From Candidatus Nitrospira inopinata (GTDB lineage Bacteria; Nitrospirota; Nitrospiria; Nitrospirales; Nitrospiraceae): a stretch of 32,000 bases of DNA. Where the stretch lies: assembly GCF_001458695.1 (NCBI RefSeq), contig NZ_LN885086.1, positions 1,230,001 through 1,262,000 of the forward strand, in the 5' to 3' direction. Positions 1 through 8,137 of the stretch are shown here, in pieces. The translations under genes and the position numbers were made by a program. Under the pieces are notes generated by a model. That model saw only the letters and a list, made by a program, of their open reading frames with translations. It had not been told where the DNA came from and searched no databases. Positions within the stretch are counted from its first letter, which is position 1. Each line of letters begins with the position of its first letter.

Positions 1-133
1 GGCGATGTTGCTGTACGCGGCGGGAAAGGGGCAATCGCTCTCGGCCTGCTACCCCCGGGCCAAGGCGGCGCTTGAAGGGGGAGCGGCGGCTCGGAAATTA
101 GAAGAGTTGACCCGGGAAACGGTGGGGGCTTAG
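1..133 (+). CDS. 3' end of an upstream gene (partial); C-terminus resembles anthranilate phosphoribosyltransferase (TrpD, glycosyltransferase family 3)
   Basis: Frame 2 is open from the window edge to TAG at 131-133. The translation ...[43 protein letters not shown] resembles the TrpD C-terminal pattern LY.AGK..SL.EG...A...L.SG.A...LEEL. Only 43 codons are visible, so the family call is tentative. Confidence 0.3.
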   Translation, partial: AMLLYAAGKGQSLSACYPRAKAALEGGAAARKLEELTRETVGA

Positions 134-155
134 GCGGAGGGAACGGGCGGGTAAG

Positions 156-986
156 TTGAGTTCGGATGAGACGAAAGGACGTAAAACGGTGAAACATCTG
201 CATTGGTTGGAAGACCAAAGCGTGTACATCCTTCGGGAGGCCTACAAGCACTTTGACAACCTGGCCATGCTGTGGTCGATCGGGAAGGATTCGACCGTTC
301 TATTGTGGTTGGTCCGCAAGGCGTTTTTCGGCCATGTTCCGTTCCCGCTGATCCACATCGACACCAGCTACAAGATTCCCGCCATGATCGAGTACCGAGA
401 CCGATTGGCCCGCGAGTGGCGGTTGAATTTGGTCGTGGGCCAGAACAAGGAGGCGCTGGCGGCCGGGATGAATCACACGATGGGACGCGACGTCTGTTGC
501 ACGGCGCTCAAGACGATGGCGTTAAAAAATCTGATCGAGTCGAAAGGGTACACCGGCATCATTTTGGGCGTGCGCGCCGATGAAGACAGCACCAGGGCCA
601 AAGAGCGATACTTCTCGCCCCGCGACAAACACGGAGACTGGGATTTCCGCGATCAGCCGCCGGAACTGTGGAACCAGTTCAAAACGACGTTCCCGCCGGG
701 GACCCATATCCGAATCCACCCTCTGCTTGATTGGACGGAAGTCAACATCTGGGAATACATCAAGGCCGAGAATATCCCCTTTATCGATCTGTACTTGGAC
801 AAGGGGGACGGCACACGCTACCGGAGTCTGGGGTGCGCTCCCTGCACGACGCCCGTAAAGTCCACCGCCAAGACGGTGGATGAGATCATCGAAGAGCTGC
901 GGGCGACGAATATCGCGGAACGGGCCGGACGAGCCCAGGACGCGGGACGCGGCATGGAGATGCTCCGGAAGAAAGGGTACATGTAA
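156..986 (+). CDS. cysD: Sulfate adenylyltransferase subunit 2 (CysD)
   Basis: 276-aa ORF with the PP-loop region [17 protein letters not shown] and the C-terminal [10 protein letters not shown] typical of CysD. Its stop overlaps the next ATG (TAATG at 984-988), the classic cysD-cysN coupling. Start is uncertain (TTG 156 or GTG 189). Confidence 0.9.
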   Translation: MSSDETKGRKTVKHLHWLEDQSVYILREAYKHFDNLAMLWSIGKDSTVLLWLVRKAFFGHVPFPLIHIDTSYKIPAMIEYRDRLAREWRLNLVVGQNKEALAAGMNHTMGRDVCCTALKTMALKNLIESKGYTGIILGVRADEDSTRAKERYFSPRDKHGDWDFRDQPPELWNQFKTTFPPGTHIRIHPLLDWTEVNIWEYIKAENIPFIDLYLDKGDGTRYRSLGCAPCTTPVKSTAKTVDEIIEELRATNIAERAGRAQDAGRGMEMLRKKGYM

Positions 987-2851
987 TGGACGAGGCGACG
1001 GCAGCGGCGGCGCGAGCCGCTTCGAAACCGGACGAACATTTCAACATCGTCATTGTCGGTCACGTGGACCACGGAAAGTCCACGCTCGTGGGACGGCTCT
1101 ATGCGGATACCGGGTCGTTGCCGGAGGGCAAATTGGAGAAGGTGCAGGCGATCTGCCGCCAGCAGGGGAAAGAATTCGAGTACGCGTTCCTGTTCGATGC
1201 GTTCTTGGAGGAGCAGGAGCAGGGCATCACGATCGATACGGCGCGGACGTTTTTTATTTGGAAGGGACGGCAGTACATCATCATCGACGCGCCGGGCCAC
1301 AAGGAATTCCTTAAAAACATGATCTCCGGCGCGGCCAGGGCCGAGGCGGCGCTCCTCGTGATCGACGCCCTCGAGGGGGTCAAAGAGCAGTCCAAAAAAC
1401 ACGGGTATTTGCTGTCTCTGCTCGGGGTTCGCCAGTTCGCGGTCGTCGTCAACAAGATGGACCTGGTCGGCTATCGGCAGGACGTCTTCGACGGCATTGA
1501 GAAAGAGTATCGGGAGTTTCTCGGGCAGTTCGGCGCGATCCCCGAACGGATTATTCCCGTGAGCGCCAAGCTCGGCGACAACATTGCCGACCGCAGCCGG
1601 GCCATGCCGTGGTACGGGGGACCGACCGTCCTGGACACCCTCAGCCTCTTTAAAAAAGAAACGGCCTCGGCCGATCAGCCTCTGCGATTTCCCGTTCAGG
1701 ACGTGTACAAGTTTGATGCGCGTCGCATCATCGCGGGCCGCATCACGGCCGGCCGTCTGAAAGTCGGCGACCAACTGATCTTCTCTCCTTCGAACAAGCG
1801 GGCCAACGTCAAATCGATCGAAGCGTTCAACGTCGAGCCCCTTCCGATGAGCGCCGAGGCGGGCCAATCCATCGGCGTGACCCTCGATGAGCAGATCTTC
1901 GTGGAGCGGGGGGAAATCGCCGCCCATCCAAGCGGCCTGCCCCACGTCTCAACGTCGTTCAAGGCCAACCTGTTTTGGCTGGGCAAGCGACCGCTGGAGC
2001 GGGGACGAAAGTACGTGTTGCGGGTCGCCACCAAGGAGGTCGAGTGCGAAGTGGCGGCGCTTCACCGCATCATCGACACGACGGACCTGAACCAGCAACA
2101 GGACGCGGCGGTGGTGAGTCGGAATCAAGTCGCCGAGCTGACCCTCCGGACCAAGACCCCGATCGCGTTCGATGTGTCTTCGTCGTTCGAAGCGACCGGT
2201 CGATTCGTGTTGGTGGACGAGTACGACATCGCGGGCGGCGGCATCGTGACGGAAATGGTGCCGGACGATCAGGAATCGTTGCGGGAAGAGGCGCGCCGGC
2301 GAGACTTCGCGTGGGTGAAGGGCGAAGTCGGCGTTGAAGACCGCGCGAAGCACTACGGCCACCGGTCCGCGGTGGTGCTCTTTACCGGCGGGCGGCATGC
2401 CGGGAAGTCGCTGTTGGCGAGAAAATTGGAAGGGCGACTCATTGCCGACGGGCGTCATGCGTATCTGTTGGACGGCGAAAATTTGCGGCGGGGGCTCGAC
2501 GCCGATTTGAGCGAAGAAGAAAAGAGTCAAACGGCGGAAATGGCTCGTCGATACGGAGAAGTGGCGCGACTGTTGATCGATACGGGCTTGATCGTGGTGT
2601 CCACCACGAATCCCTTCGGTTTGGCCTATCGAGAAGCGTCGCAAGCGATCAGAACGCTCGTGCATCCCGCGCCGGTCATCGCCGTGCACGTGAGCAAAAC
2701 CGCCGAAGAGCCTCCGCCCAACACCGACGTGATTTTGAACGGACCGGTGGATCTCGACGTGGCGATCAAGCAAGTGATGGACGCGCTCAAGCAGCGAGGC
2801 GTGTTGGATGAGACCCTGGGAGCCAAGCCGACCTTTCAATATTCCATTTAA
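986..2851 (+). CDS. cysNC: Sulfate adenylyltransferase subunit 1 (CysN GTPase) fused to an APS-kinase-like C-terminal domain
   Basis: 621 aa. GTPase motifs [14 protein letters not shown] and NKMD, followed by EF-Tu-like beta-barrel domains. The C-terminal ~160 aa align to CysC ([18 protein letters not shown]) but several catalytic motifs are altered or missing (see findings). Confidence 0.9.
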   Translation: MDEATAAAARAASKPDEHFNIVIVGHVDHGKSTLVGRLYADTGSLPEGKLEKVQAICRQQGKEFEYAFLFDAFLEEQEQGITIDTARTFFIWKGRQYIIIDAPGHKEFLKNMISGAARAEAALLVIDALEGVKEQSKKHGYLLSLLGVRQFAVVVNKMDLVGYRQDVFDGIEKEYREFLGQFGAIPERIIPVSAKLGDNIADRSRAMPWYGGPTVLDTLSLFKKETASADQPLRFPVQDVYKFDARRIIAGRITAGRLKVGDQLIFSPSNKRANVKSIEAFNVEPLPMSAEAGQSIGVTLDEQIFVERGEIAAHPSGLPHVSTSFKANLFWLGKRPLERGRKYVLRVATKEVECEVAALHRIIDTTDLNQQQDAAVVSRNQVAELTLRTKTPIAFDVSSSFEATGRFVLVDEYDIAGGGIVTEMVPDDQESLREEARRRDFAWVKGEVGVEDRAKHYGHRSAVVLFTGGRHAGKSLLARKLEGRLIADGRHAYLLDGENLRRGLDADLSEEEKSQTAEMARRYGEVARLLIDTGLIVVSTTNPFGLAYREASQAIRTLVHPAPVIAVHVSKTAEEPPPNTDVILNGPVDLDVAIKQVMDALKQRGVLDETLGAKPTFQYSI

Positions 2852-2973
2852 TGACGAGCGGGGATGGGACCGTCGCCCGTCCTCGGTTCATCCCGCGCCG
2901 TCCGCTGCTGCCGGAATGTCTTGGGGCATCTCGCTCTGTGCCTGCCCTTTCCCACGAGATCGTTCCTGAAACA

Positions 2974-3876
2974 TTAGGCGGCTTTGGCGAGGGGCGAGAC
3001 GAGGCGCAAGACCCGTTGCAGGTCGGTTTGCGCTTCCGTGAGCAAGGTCGGGATGGAGGCGGGTACAAACTTGGTGGCTGCGACGGCGTCAGGGTGAAGG
3101 GATAACCAGTCGGGGCGGTGGGCCGTTTCAACCGGCTCCTCATGATCGGCGATCGCGCCGGCCAGATGAACGATGGAAGCCTGGAGGGCGAAGTCGCCGG
3201 CTTTACTTGGGTTGAGTTGCCAGCGGACCGCGCGTTCAAGCTGAAGCGGCAGGCCCAGGGACCGCAAGAATTCGCCGCCCACCTCGGCAAAGTCACATCC
3301 GGTGTTGGACTGTTCCACGTCGGCCAAGGAAGTTTCCAAATAGCCCGCTTCGATCAAGGCAGACTGGGCCCGTTGGGGGACGGTTTGGTAAAGGATCAGA
3401 TGGCCGATGTCACGGAACAAGCCCGCCGTGTAAGAACGCTCGCCGTGGTCGAGGCCGCTCGACTCGGCGATCTTCCCGGCAAGCAGAGCGCAGAGCAGAC
3501 TCTTGCGCCAGAATTTGGCGATATCCATCAGGTAAGCCGGCATTCCCGAAAACGTCCGTCCGACCGTGGCGGCGCCGACCGCGTCCGCCGCCGCTTGTGG
3601 GCCGATGAGATGGACGGCGCTCTCGATGGTATCGATCTGTTGAGGAAACCCATGACGGGGATCATTGGCGACGCGAAGCAGTTCGGCTGCGAGGGCCGGG
3701 TCTCGCTTGATGACGTCGGCGAGGTGGTCACCGGTCGAACCAGGGTCGTCCACGGCGTTTCGCGCGTGAACGTAAATTTCCGGCAACGTCGGAATAGACG
3801 CACAGGACCGTACCAGTTCTTCAGCCGACGGCATGAGAGAAACCTCTCGGTTGTCTACAACGAAGACCGGCTCCAT
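2974..3876 (-). CDS. HDOD domain signalling protein
   Basis: The C-terminal 300 aa of the 530-aa track ORF read as a typical HDOD domain: IPTLPEIYVHARNAVDDP...VIKRDPALAAELLRVAN...IDTIESAVHLIG...LFRDIGHLILY. The upstream 230 codons are non-protein-like and overlap the + strand gene at 4081. Start chosen at ATG 3876 (MEPVF); ATG 3834 (MPSAEEL, preceded by GAGAGG) is an alternative. Confidence 0.8.
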   Translation of the reverse strand: MEPVFVVDNREVSLMPSAEELVRSCASIPTLPEIYVHARNAVDDPGSTGDHLADVIKRDPALAAELLRVANDPRHGFPQQIDTIESAVHLIGPQAAADAVGAATVGRTFSGMPAYLMDIAKFWRKSLLCALLAGKIAESSGLDHGERSYTAGLFRDIGHLILYQTVPQRAQSALIEAGYLETSLADVEQSNTGCDFAEVGGEFLRSLGLPLQLERAVRWQLNPSKAGDFALQASIVHLAGAIADHEEPVETAHRPDWLSLHPDAVAATKFVPASIPTLLTEAQTDLQRVLRLVSPLAKAA

Positions 3877-3956
3877 TTCCTCTATCGGGCGCAAGGGGCT
3901 GGAACTGTAGAGGACGGTCCACCAACGGTGCCCGTTTCGTCCCTCGCGAGGCTGGT

Positions 3957-3986
3957 TTGACTCGCCCAAAATTTCCGTGTTACCGT
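3957..3986 (+). promoter_or_regulatory. Putative sigma-70-type promoter for the gene at 4081 (TTGACT - 18 nt - TACCGT)
   Basis: TTGACT at 3957-3962 and TACCGT at 3981-3986 with an 18-nt spacer, in the 204-bp divergent intergenic region. The -10 lies inside the palindrome at 3975-3993. Hexamer match only. Confidence 0.3.
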
Positions 3987-3993
3987 AACACGG
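3975..3993. promoter_or_regulatory. Perfect 19-bp palindrome CCGTGTTAC-C-GTAACACGG, candidate operator
   Basis: Read directly: the 9-nt arms are exact reverse complements around one central base. It lies between the divergent HDOD gene and the Zn-ribbon/PCP_red gene. A 1-nt spacer argues for a dimeric protein-binding site rather than an RNA hairpin. Confidence 0.5.
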
Positions 3994-4080
3994 TGCGAGG
4001 ATGAGACTGTCGGATTCGGCCAAGCCGGTCGGAGGAGAAATTGTTCGGGGATCGCTCAAGAGTGGAGCGAAGGAGTTGCA

Positions 4081-4767
4081 ATGAAATTCGTTTGTCTCAC
4101 CTGTGAAACGTACATGGCCCTCGAGAAGGTTGAAAAACCCGAAGAAGGGTCGTTGGGCGTCTTCTTCGGCTGTCCTTCCTGCAACGCCAAGTTCTCGATG
4201 GTGACCAATGCGGGCGAGACCACCATGATGAACGCGTTGGGGCTTAAACTGAGCGCGCGCGCGGAGGCGACGGACCCTACACTGGTGTCCTTGGCGGACA
4301 AGGTGCAGAAGGCCAAGTCCGCGGTCGCGGCGGCTCCTGCAAAAACGGGGGAAAAAACGACCGGCGGTTGCCCGTTTTCGGCCATGGTCGCGGAGATGGG
4401 CTTGACAAGTTCGGGCAAGCCGGCCAACGGCGGGTCGTCCGAATTCACCTGGACTCCGGACGCCAGGGAAAAGCTTGATCGCCTGCCCGCCTTCGTCAAA
4501 CCGATGGTGCAGAGCAGCGTGGAAGCCTATGCCCGCAAACAGGGCTTCAAGACCATCACACTTCAAGTGATGGACGATTCAAAAAACGACTCGCCGAACG
4601 GCCTTGCCTGGTCGCGCGAGGCCGAGCAGCGGTTGGAGAACATTCCGGACTTCATCCGCCCCATGGCCCGCAAGGAGATCGAACGGGTGGCCAGAGAACG
4701 GGGTTTGCAGACGGTAACGGCCCAGGTCATGGATGAAGCCAAGGAGAAGTTTCTGAAGTTCATGTAA
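4081..4767 (+). CDS. Zn-ribbon protein with two PCP_red-like (BchB/ChlB C-terminal domain) repeats
   Basis: 228 aa. N-terminal CxxC...CxxC (C5, C8, C31, C34). Ala/Gly-rich linker with GGCPF (aa 95-99). Two ~48-aa repeats: EFTWTPDAREKLDRLPAFVKPMVQSSVEAYARKQGFKTIT and GLAWSREAEQRLENIPDFIRPMARKEIERVARERGLQTVT. Strong SD AAGGAG 6 nt before the ATG. Confidence 0.75.
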   Translation: MKFVCLTCETYMALEKVEKPEEGSLGVFFGCPSCNAKFSMVTNAGETTMMNALGLKLSARAEATDPTLVSLADKVQKAKSAVAAAPAKTGEKTTGGCPFSAMVAEMGLTSSGKPANGGSSEFTWTPDAREKLDRLPAFVKPMVQSSVEAYARKQGFKTITLQVMDDSKNDSPNGLAWSREAEQRLENIPDFIRPMARKEIERVARERGLQTVTAQVMDEAKEKFLKFM

Positions 4768-4800
4768 TCACGGGGGCCGCGTCATGCCCCGTGGATTATG

Positions 4801-4836
4801 GCCATTCAGCCAGGCTGGATGGGCTTTTGATTGTTT
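4801..4836 (+). terminator. Putative intrinsic terminator after the gene ending at 4767
   Basis: Hairpin GCCATTCAG (4801-4809) / CTGGATGGGC (4815-4824): 9 bp including one G-U pair, one bulged G, and a 5-nt loop. It is followed by TTTTGATTGTTTG. Confidence 0.45.
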
Positions 4837-5084
4837 GCGGTCATTCCGTCCGGTCGGCTCCGTATGAAAGTGTGCTGCGTGTGCACGCTCCATCCTCGTG
4901 GGTTGTTCTCTTTCCTGCATCGATGCGTTGAGAGCCGAGATGACTGGGGCGGCGGGCGCATTGACTCTTTTCCAAGGCCTGTGCTACGAGTACAAAAAAG
5001 TCAACGGCTGTCGTCACGCCACGGCGCCTTCGGCCGGTTCTGAAAAGAAGCCGGTGTGGAGGGAAGCCACCAGAGGAATGAACC

Positions 5085-5840
5085 ATGGGCGGCCATAGTC
5101 ATTGGGCGACCATCAAGCGGCACAAATCGGCGCAGGATGCCAAGCGCGGAAAGATCTTCACGCGGCTCATCCGAGAATTGACCATTGCGGCTCGGTCCGG
5201 CGGTGACCCGGACGGGAATCCGCGCCTTCGTCTGGCCATCTCCAAGGCCAAAGACGCCAATATGCCGGGCGATACGATCAAGAAAGCCATCCAGCGGGGG
5301 ACGGGGGAACTGCCAGGAGTGTCGTACGAAGAATTCACCCTTGAAGGATACGGCCCCGGGGGCACCGCGCTGCTCCTTGAAATTACGAGTGATAATCGCA
5401 ATCGCACGGTCGCGGAAGTGCGCAGTCTCTTGACCAAAAATAATGGGACCATGGCGGAGGCCGGAGCGGTGTCATGGCAGTTTCACAAGAAGGGACTTCT
5501 GACGGTTGAGAAAGGGAAAGTGGACGAAGATACGCTGCTGTCCGTGGCCCTCGATGCCGGCGCGGACGACGTCAAAATCGGAGAGAAGATGTTCGAGGTC
5601 ATCACGGCGCCCCATGATTTTGAAGCCGTGAAGAAGGCCTTGGCCGACGCGAAGATCGAAACCGCCCTCGCGGAGATCACCTATATTCCCCAAAGCACGG
5701 TCCGTCTCGATGAAAAACCCGCTGAACAAATGCTCAAGTTGATGGAAATCCTTGATGAGCATGACGACGTTCAGAAGGTTCACGCCAATTTTGACATCCC
5801 CGACGAGGTGATGGAAAAGGTTGCCGTCGCGGCCGGGTAG
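5085..5840 (+). CDS. yebC: YebC/PmpR family DNA-binding transcriptional regulator
   Basis: 251 aa beginning MGGHSHWATIKRHKSAQDAKRGKIFTRLIRE, the hallmark YebC N-terminus. Its position upstream of ruvA is typical. Confidence 0.9.
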   Translation: MGGHSHWATIKRHKSAQDAKRGKIFTRLIRELTIAARSGGDPDGNPRLRLAISKAKDANMPGDTIKKAIQRGTGELPGVSYEEFTLEGYGPGGTALLLEITSDNRNRTVAEVRSLLTKNNGTMAEAGAVSWQFHKKGLLTVEKGKVDEDTLLSVALDAGADDVKIGEKMFEVITAPHDFEAVKKALADAKIETALAEITYIPQSTVRLDEKPAEQMLKLMEILDEHDDVQKVHANFDIPDEVMEKVAVAAG

Positions 5841-5886
5841 GCGTGCCCGGGACACGGACTCGTCGCCCCCCGAGGGACGAGACGAG

Positions 5887-6495
5887 ATGATCGCCTTTCT
5901 CACGGGAAAGCTCATCTTCAAGGCGCCGACCCATTTAACGCTGGACGTTCAAGGGGTCGGCTATGAAGTCCATATTCCCCTGAGCACCTATTACGCGCTT
6001 CCGAATCTCAACGAAACGGTCGCGCTGAACGTCCATACCCACTTGCGGGAGGATGCCATTCAACTGTTCGGCTTCCTCTCGCCGCGAGAAAAAGACTCGT
6101 TTCTCTTGCTGACGACGGTGACGGGCATCGGTCCCAAGCTGGCGTTGAACGTTCTGTCAAGTATGCCGATTACCGATCTCCTCTGCGCGATCAGGACCGA
6201 AGACGTCGAGAAACTGGCGACCATCCCCGGCATCGGGAAAAAGTCCGCGGGCCGTATTGCGCTGGAACTCAAGGACAAGGTCGGCAAGGTCGAATCGGCT
6301 TCCGGTGAGACGCCGGCGCCGCAGACGGCGGAGACCGGCGGTTTCTTTGACGACGCCCTGTCCGCTTTGGTGAACCTGGGCTACCGCCCGCACGACGTGA
6401 AGGAAGCGTTGAGGCGGGTGACAAAGACTTCGGCGGGCCCTCTGCCGTTGACCAATCTCATTCGTGAAGGCCTTAAAGAGCTTGCGAGGGGGTGA
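5887..6495 (+). CDS. ruvA: Holliday junction branch migration complex subunit RuvA
   Basis: MIAFLTGKL...LDVQGVGYEVHIP...F..L..V.GIGPK.A...LS...IPGIGKK.A.RI..ELKDK is the typical RuvA OB fold plus two HhH motifs. Internal ATG at 5887 chosen because the track ORF has a 22-codon Arg/Pro-rich extension overlapping yebC. Confidence 0.9.
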   Translation: MIAFLTGKLIFKAPTHLTLDVQGVGYEVHIPLSTYYALPNLNETVALNVHTHLREDAIQLFGFLSPREKDSFLLLTTVTGIGPKLALNVLSSMPITDLLCAIRTEDVEKLATIPGIGKKSAGRIALELKDKVGKVESASGETPAPQTAETGGFFDDALSALVNLGYRPHDVKEALRRVTKTSAGPLPLTNLIREGLKELARG

Positions 6496-6995
6496 CGGGG
6501 GTGGTCGATCAACCATCGACGGTCTTTGCTCGGCGCGCCCTCATCATCGGCCTGGGAACAACGTTGATCGTCGGGGCGGCGCCGGCGAGAGGGTTCGCGC
6601 AGGACGTACCCGAATCTCCTCCCACCGTTCGGATGACCTGCGGAACTTGTCCGCCAGGATATGCCGTCACCGGCGTCACGCAAGCACCGGGGGTTTGCAG
6701 AGAGGATGACCCGACCCTGGTTGAATGCGTGCCGTTGGGAGCGAATCCCCTGGCGGTCTGCGGATCTTGCCCGGAGGGGTACGTGGAAATCGGAAGTTCC
6801 TCGGTGCCTGCCCGTTGCGGCGGCGGAGATGGCGGACGATTGACGCAATGCCAGTTGCAGAAGATGGAACAGAGTTTTCCGGACCCAAGCCAGGGAATGA
6901 AATTCTGCCCGCCGGATTGCGGCAATACGCCCACGCCGGGTCAAGGAGCGTTGCCGCCTCCGCCCAAATATCAACGGGCGCCGGAAGAAAAATAA
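6492..6995 (+). CDS. Small Cys-rich exported protein with twin-arginine-like signal peptide (hypothetical)
   Basis: 167 aa. The N-terminus [27 protein letters not shown] looks like a Tat/Sec signal with an AxA-type site. 10 Cys, with an internal duplication of C-G-x-C-P-x-G-Y...C...C. Third codon positions are mostly G/C in this frame. It fills the otherwise unexplained 517-bp ruvA-ruvB gap. GTG 6492 overlaps the ruvA stop (GTGA); GTG 6501, 8 nt after GAGGGGG, is an alternative start. Confidence 0.55.
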   Translation: MTGVVDQPSTVFARRALIIGLGTTLIVGAAPARGFAQDVPESPPTVRMTCGTCPPGYAVTGVTQAPGVCREDDPTLVECVPLGANPLAVCGSCPEGYVEIGSSSVPARCGGGDGGRLTQCQLQKMEQSFPDPSQGMKFCPPDCGNTPTPGQGALPPPPKYQRAPEEK

Positions 6996-7012
6996 GTCTT
7001 TTTTGTAGGGGA

Positions 7013-8020
7013 ATGATGGCCGAACGGATCGTGACCGATCGAGCGATGGACGAAGAGCGGGGGATCGAACAGGCCCTCCGTCCTCAGGCGCTGAACGAAT
7101 ACGTCGGGCAAGACAAGATGAAGGAGTCGTTGCGCGTCTGTATCGAGGCGGCCAAACGGCGGGGAGAACCTCTCGATCATGCGATTTTCTATGGCCCGCC
7201 GGGATTGGGGAAGACCACGATCGCCCACATCATCGCCAATGAAATGGGCGCGTCGTTACGGTCAACGTCCGGGTTGGTGTTGGCCCACGCGGGAGATCTG
7301 GCGGCGATTCTCACCAACCTGCAAGAGCACGACGTCCTCTTCATCGATGAGATCCATCGGTTGCCGGCCTCCGTTGAAGAAGCCCTCTATCCCGCGATGG
7401 AGGATTATCAACTTGATCTGGTGATCGGTCAGGGGCCGGGAACGAGGACGGTCAAGCTCGATCTGCCGCGCTTTACCCTCGTGGGAGCGACGACGAGGGC
7501 GGGGGCGTTGACGTCGCCTCTCCGGGACCGGTTCGGCCTTGTGTACCGGCTCGAATTTTATTCCCCGGCCGAGTTGGAGACCATTGTGACCCGCTCGGCC
7601 GGTGTGTTGGGAATTGGGATCGATCGAGACGGAGCGGCGGAAATCGCCGCCCGTGCGCGCGGGACGCCGCGCATCGCCAATCGGCTCGTCAAACGGATTA
7701 GGGACTATGCGCAGGTCAAGGCGGACGGCCATATTACCAAATCGGTGGCCCGCGAAGGGCTGGCGTGGGTCGGGATCGACGAAGCCGGATTTGACGATAT
7801 GGACCGGAAGATTCTCTTGACGATCATCGACAAGTTCAACGGCGGACCGGTCGGGGTCGAGTCCCTGGCGGCGGCGCTCCAAGAAGACAAAGGGACCATC
7901 GAAGACGTGTATGAGCCCTATTTGATTCAGGCCGGTTTTCTTGATCGGACCGGTCGAGGCCGCCAGGCCACCAGGAAGACCTTCGAACATTTCAACCGCT
8001 CGGTAAACCGGCTTCTTTAG
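7013..8020 (+). CDS. ruvB: Holliday junction DNA helicase RuvB
   Basis: [12 protein letters not shown]..., Walker [10 protein letters not shown], Walker [10 protein letters not shown], sensor/arginine finger region TTRAG.L..PLRDRFG, and GTPRIANRL. Start at the ATGATG at 7013/7016; the track ORF start at 6725 is an out-of-context extension over the previous gene. Confidence 0.95.
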   Translation: MMAERIVTDRAMDEERGIEQALRPQALNEYVGQDKMKESLRVCIEAAKRRGEPLDHAIFYGPPGLGKTTIAHIIANEMGASLRSTSGLVLAHAGDLAAILTNLQEHDVLFIDEIHRLPASVEEALYPAMEDYQLDLVIGQGPGTRTVKLDLPRFTLVGATTRAGALTSPLRDRFGLVYRLEFYSPAELETIVTRSAGVLGIGIDRDGAAEIAARARGTPRIANRLVKRIRDYAQVKADGHITKSVAREGLAWVGIDEAGFDDMDRKILLTIIDKFNGGPVGVESLAAALQEDKGTIEDVYEPYLIQAGFLDRTGRGRQATRKTFEHFNRSVNRLL

Positions 8021-8107
8021 CCCGATGGAGGTTCTCCAAGCCGGAGGCCCGATCGGCCCGCCGTTCGTATCCGCGTCCTGTAATCTCCCCTGCGCAAAGA
8101 GCCGTCC

Positions 8108-8137
8108 TTGCAATGGTTTTGAATGTTCCTGTAAGAT
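8108..8137 (+). promoter_or_regulatory. Putative sigma-70-type promoter upstream of pheA (TTGCAA - 18 nt - TAAGAT)
   Basis: Hexamers read at 8108-8113 and 8132-8137 in the 197-bp ruvB-pheA spacer. Hexamer match only. Confidence 0.3.

Noticed and set aside
2858-2896. Imperfect hairpin (GCGGGGATG...CATCCCGC) in the convergent cysNC/HDOD spacer, considered as a terminator
   Set aside because: The stem has a bulge, the loop is 22 nt, and no U-tract follows on either strand. This is not enough to call an intrinsic terminator.
3118-3960. 280-aa + strand ORF
   Set aside because: It is antisense to the HDOD gene, whose domain motifs are clear. It has no SD and no recognisable motifs.
3877-4566. 5' extension of the 530-aa minus-strand ORF (2974-4566) upstream of the HDOD domain
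   Set aside because: The extra 230 codons overlap the well-supported + strand gene at 4081-4767 and the divergent promoter region. They translate to low-complexity Arg/Gly/His sequence. A good internal ATG with an SD-like sequence begins the HDOD domain.
4831-5098. Three mutually overlapping small ORFs (70, 81 and 66 aa) upstream of yebC
   Set aside because: They have no ribosome-binding sites, implausible composition and mutual overlap. I treat them as non-coding spacer (see the low-interest finding).
6381-6974. Minus-strand ORFs (197 aa at 6381-6974, 141 aa at 6509-6934) and short + ORFs (6464-6709, 6661-6843) in the ruvA-ruvB gap
   Set aside because: They compete with the + frame at 6492-6995. 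That frame is preferred because it has a signal peptide, a duplicated Cys motif, the same orientation as and coupling to ruvA, and G/C-rich third positions. The alternatives are Arg/Pro-rich, and one overlaps the ruvA 3' end. Residual uncertainty is reflected in the 0.55 confidence.
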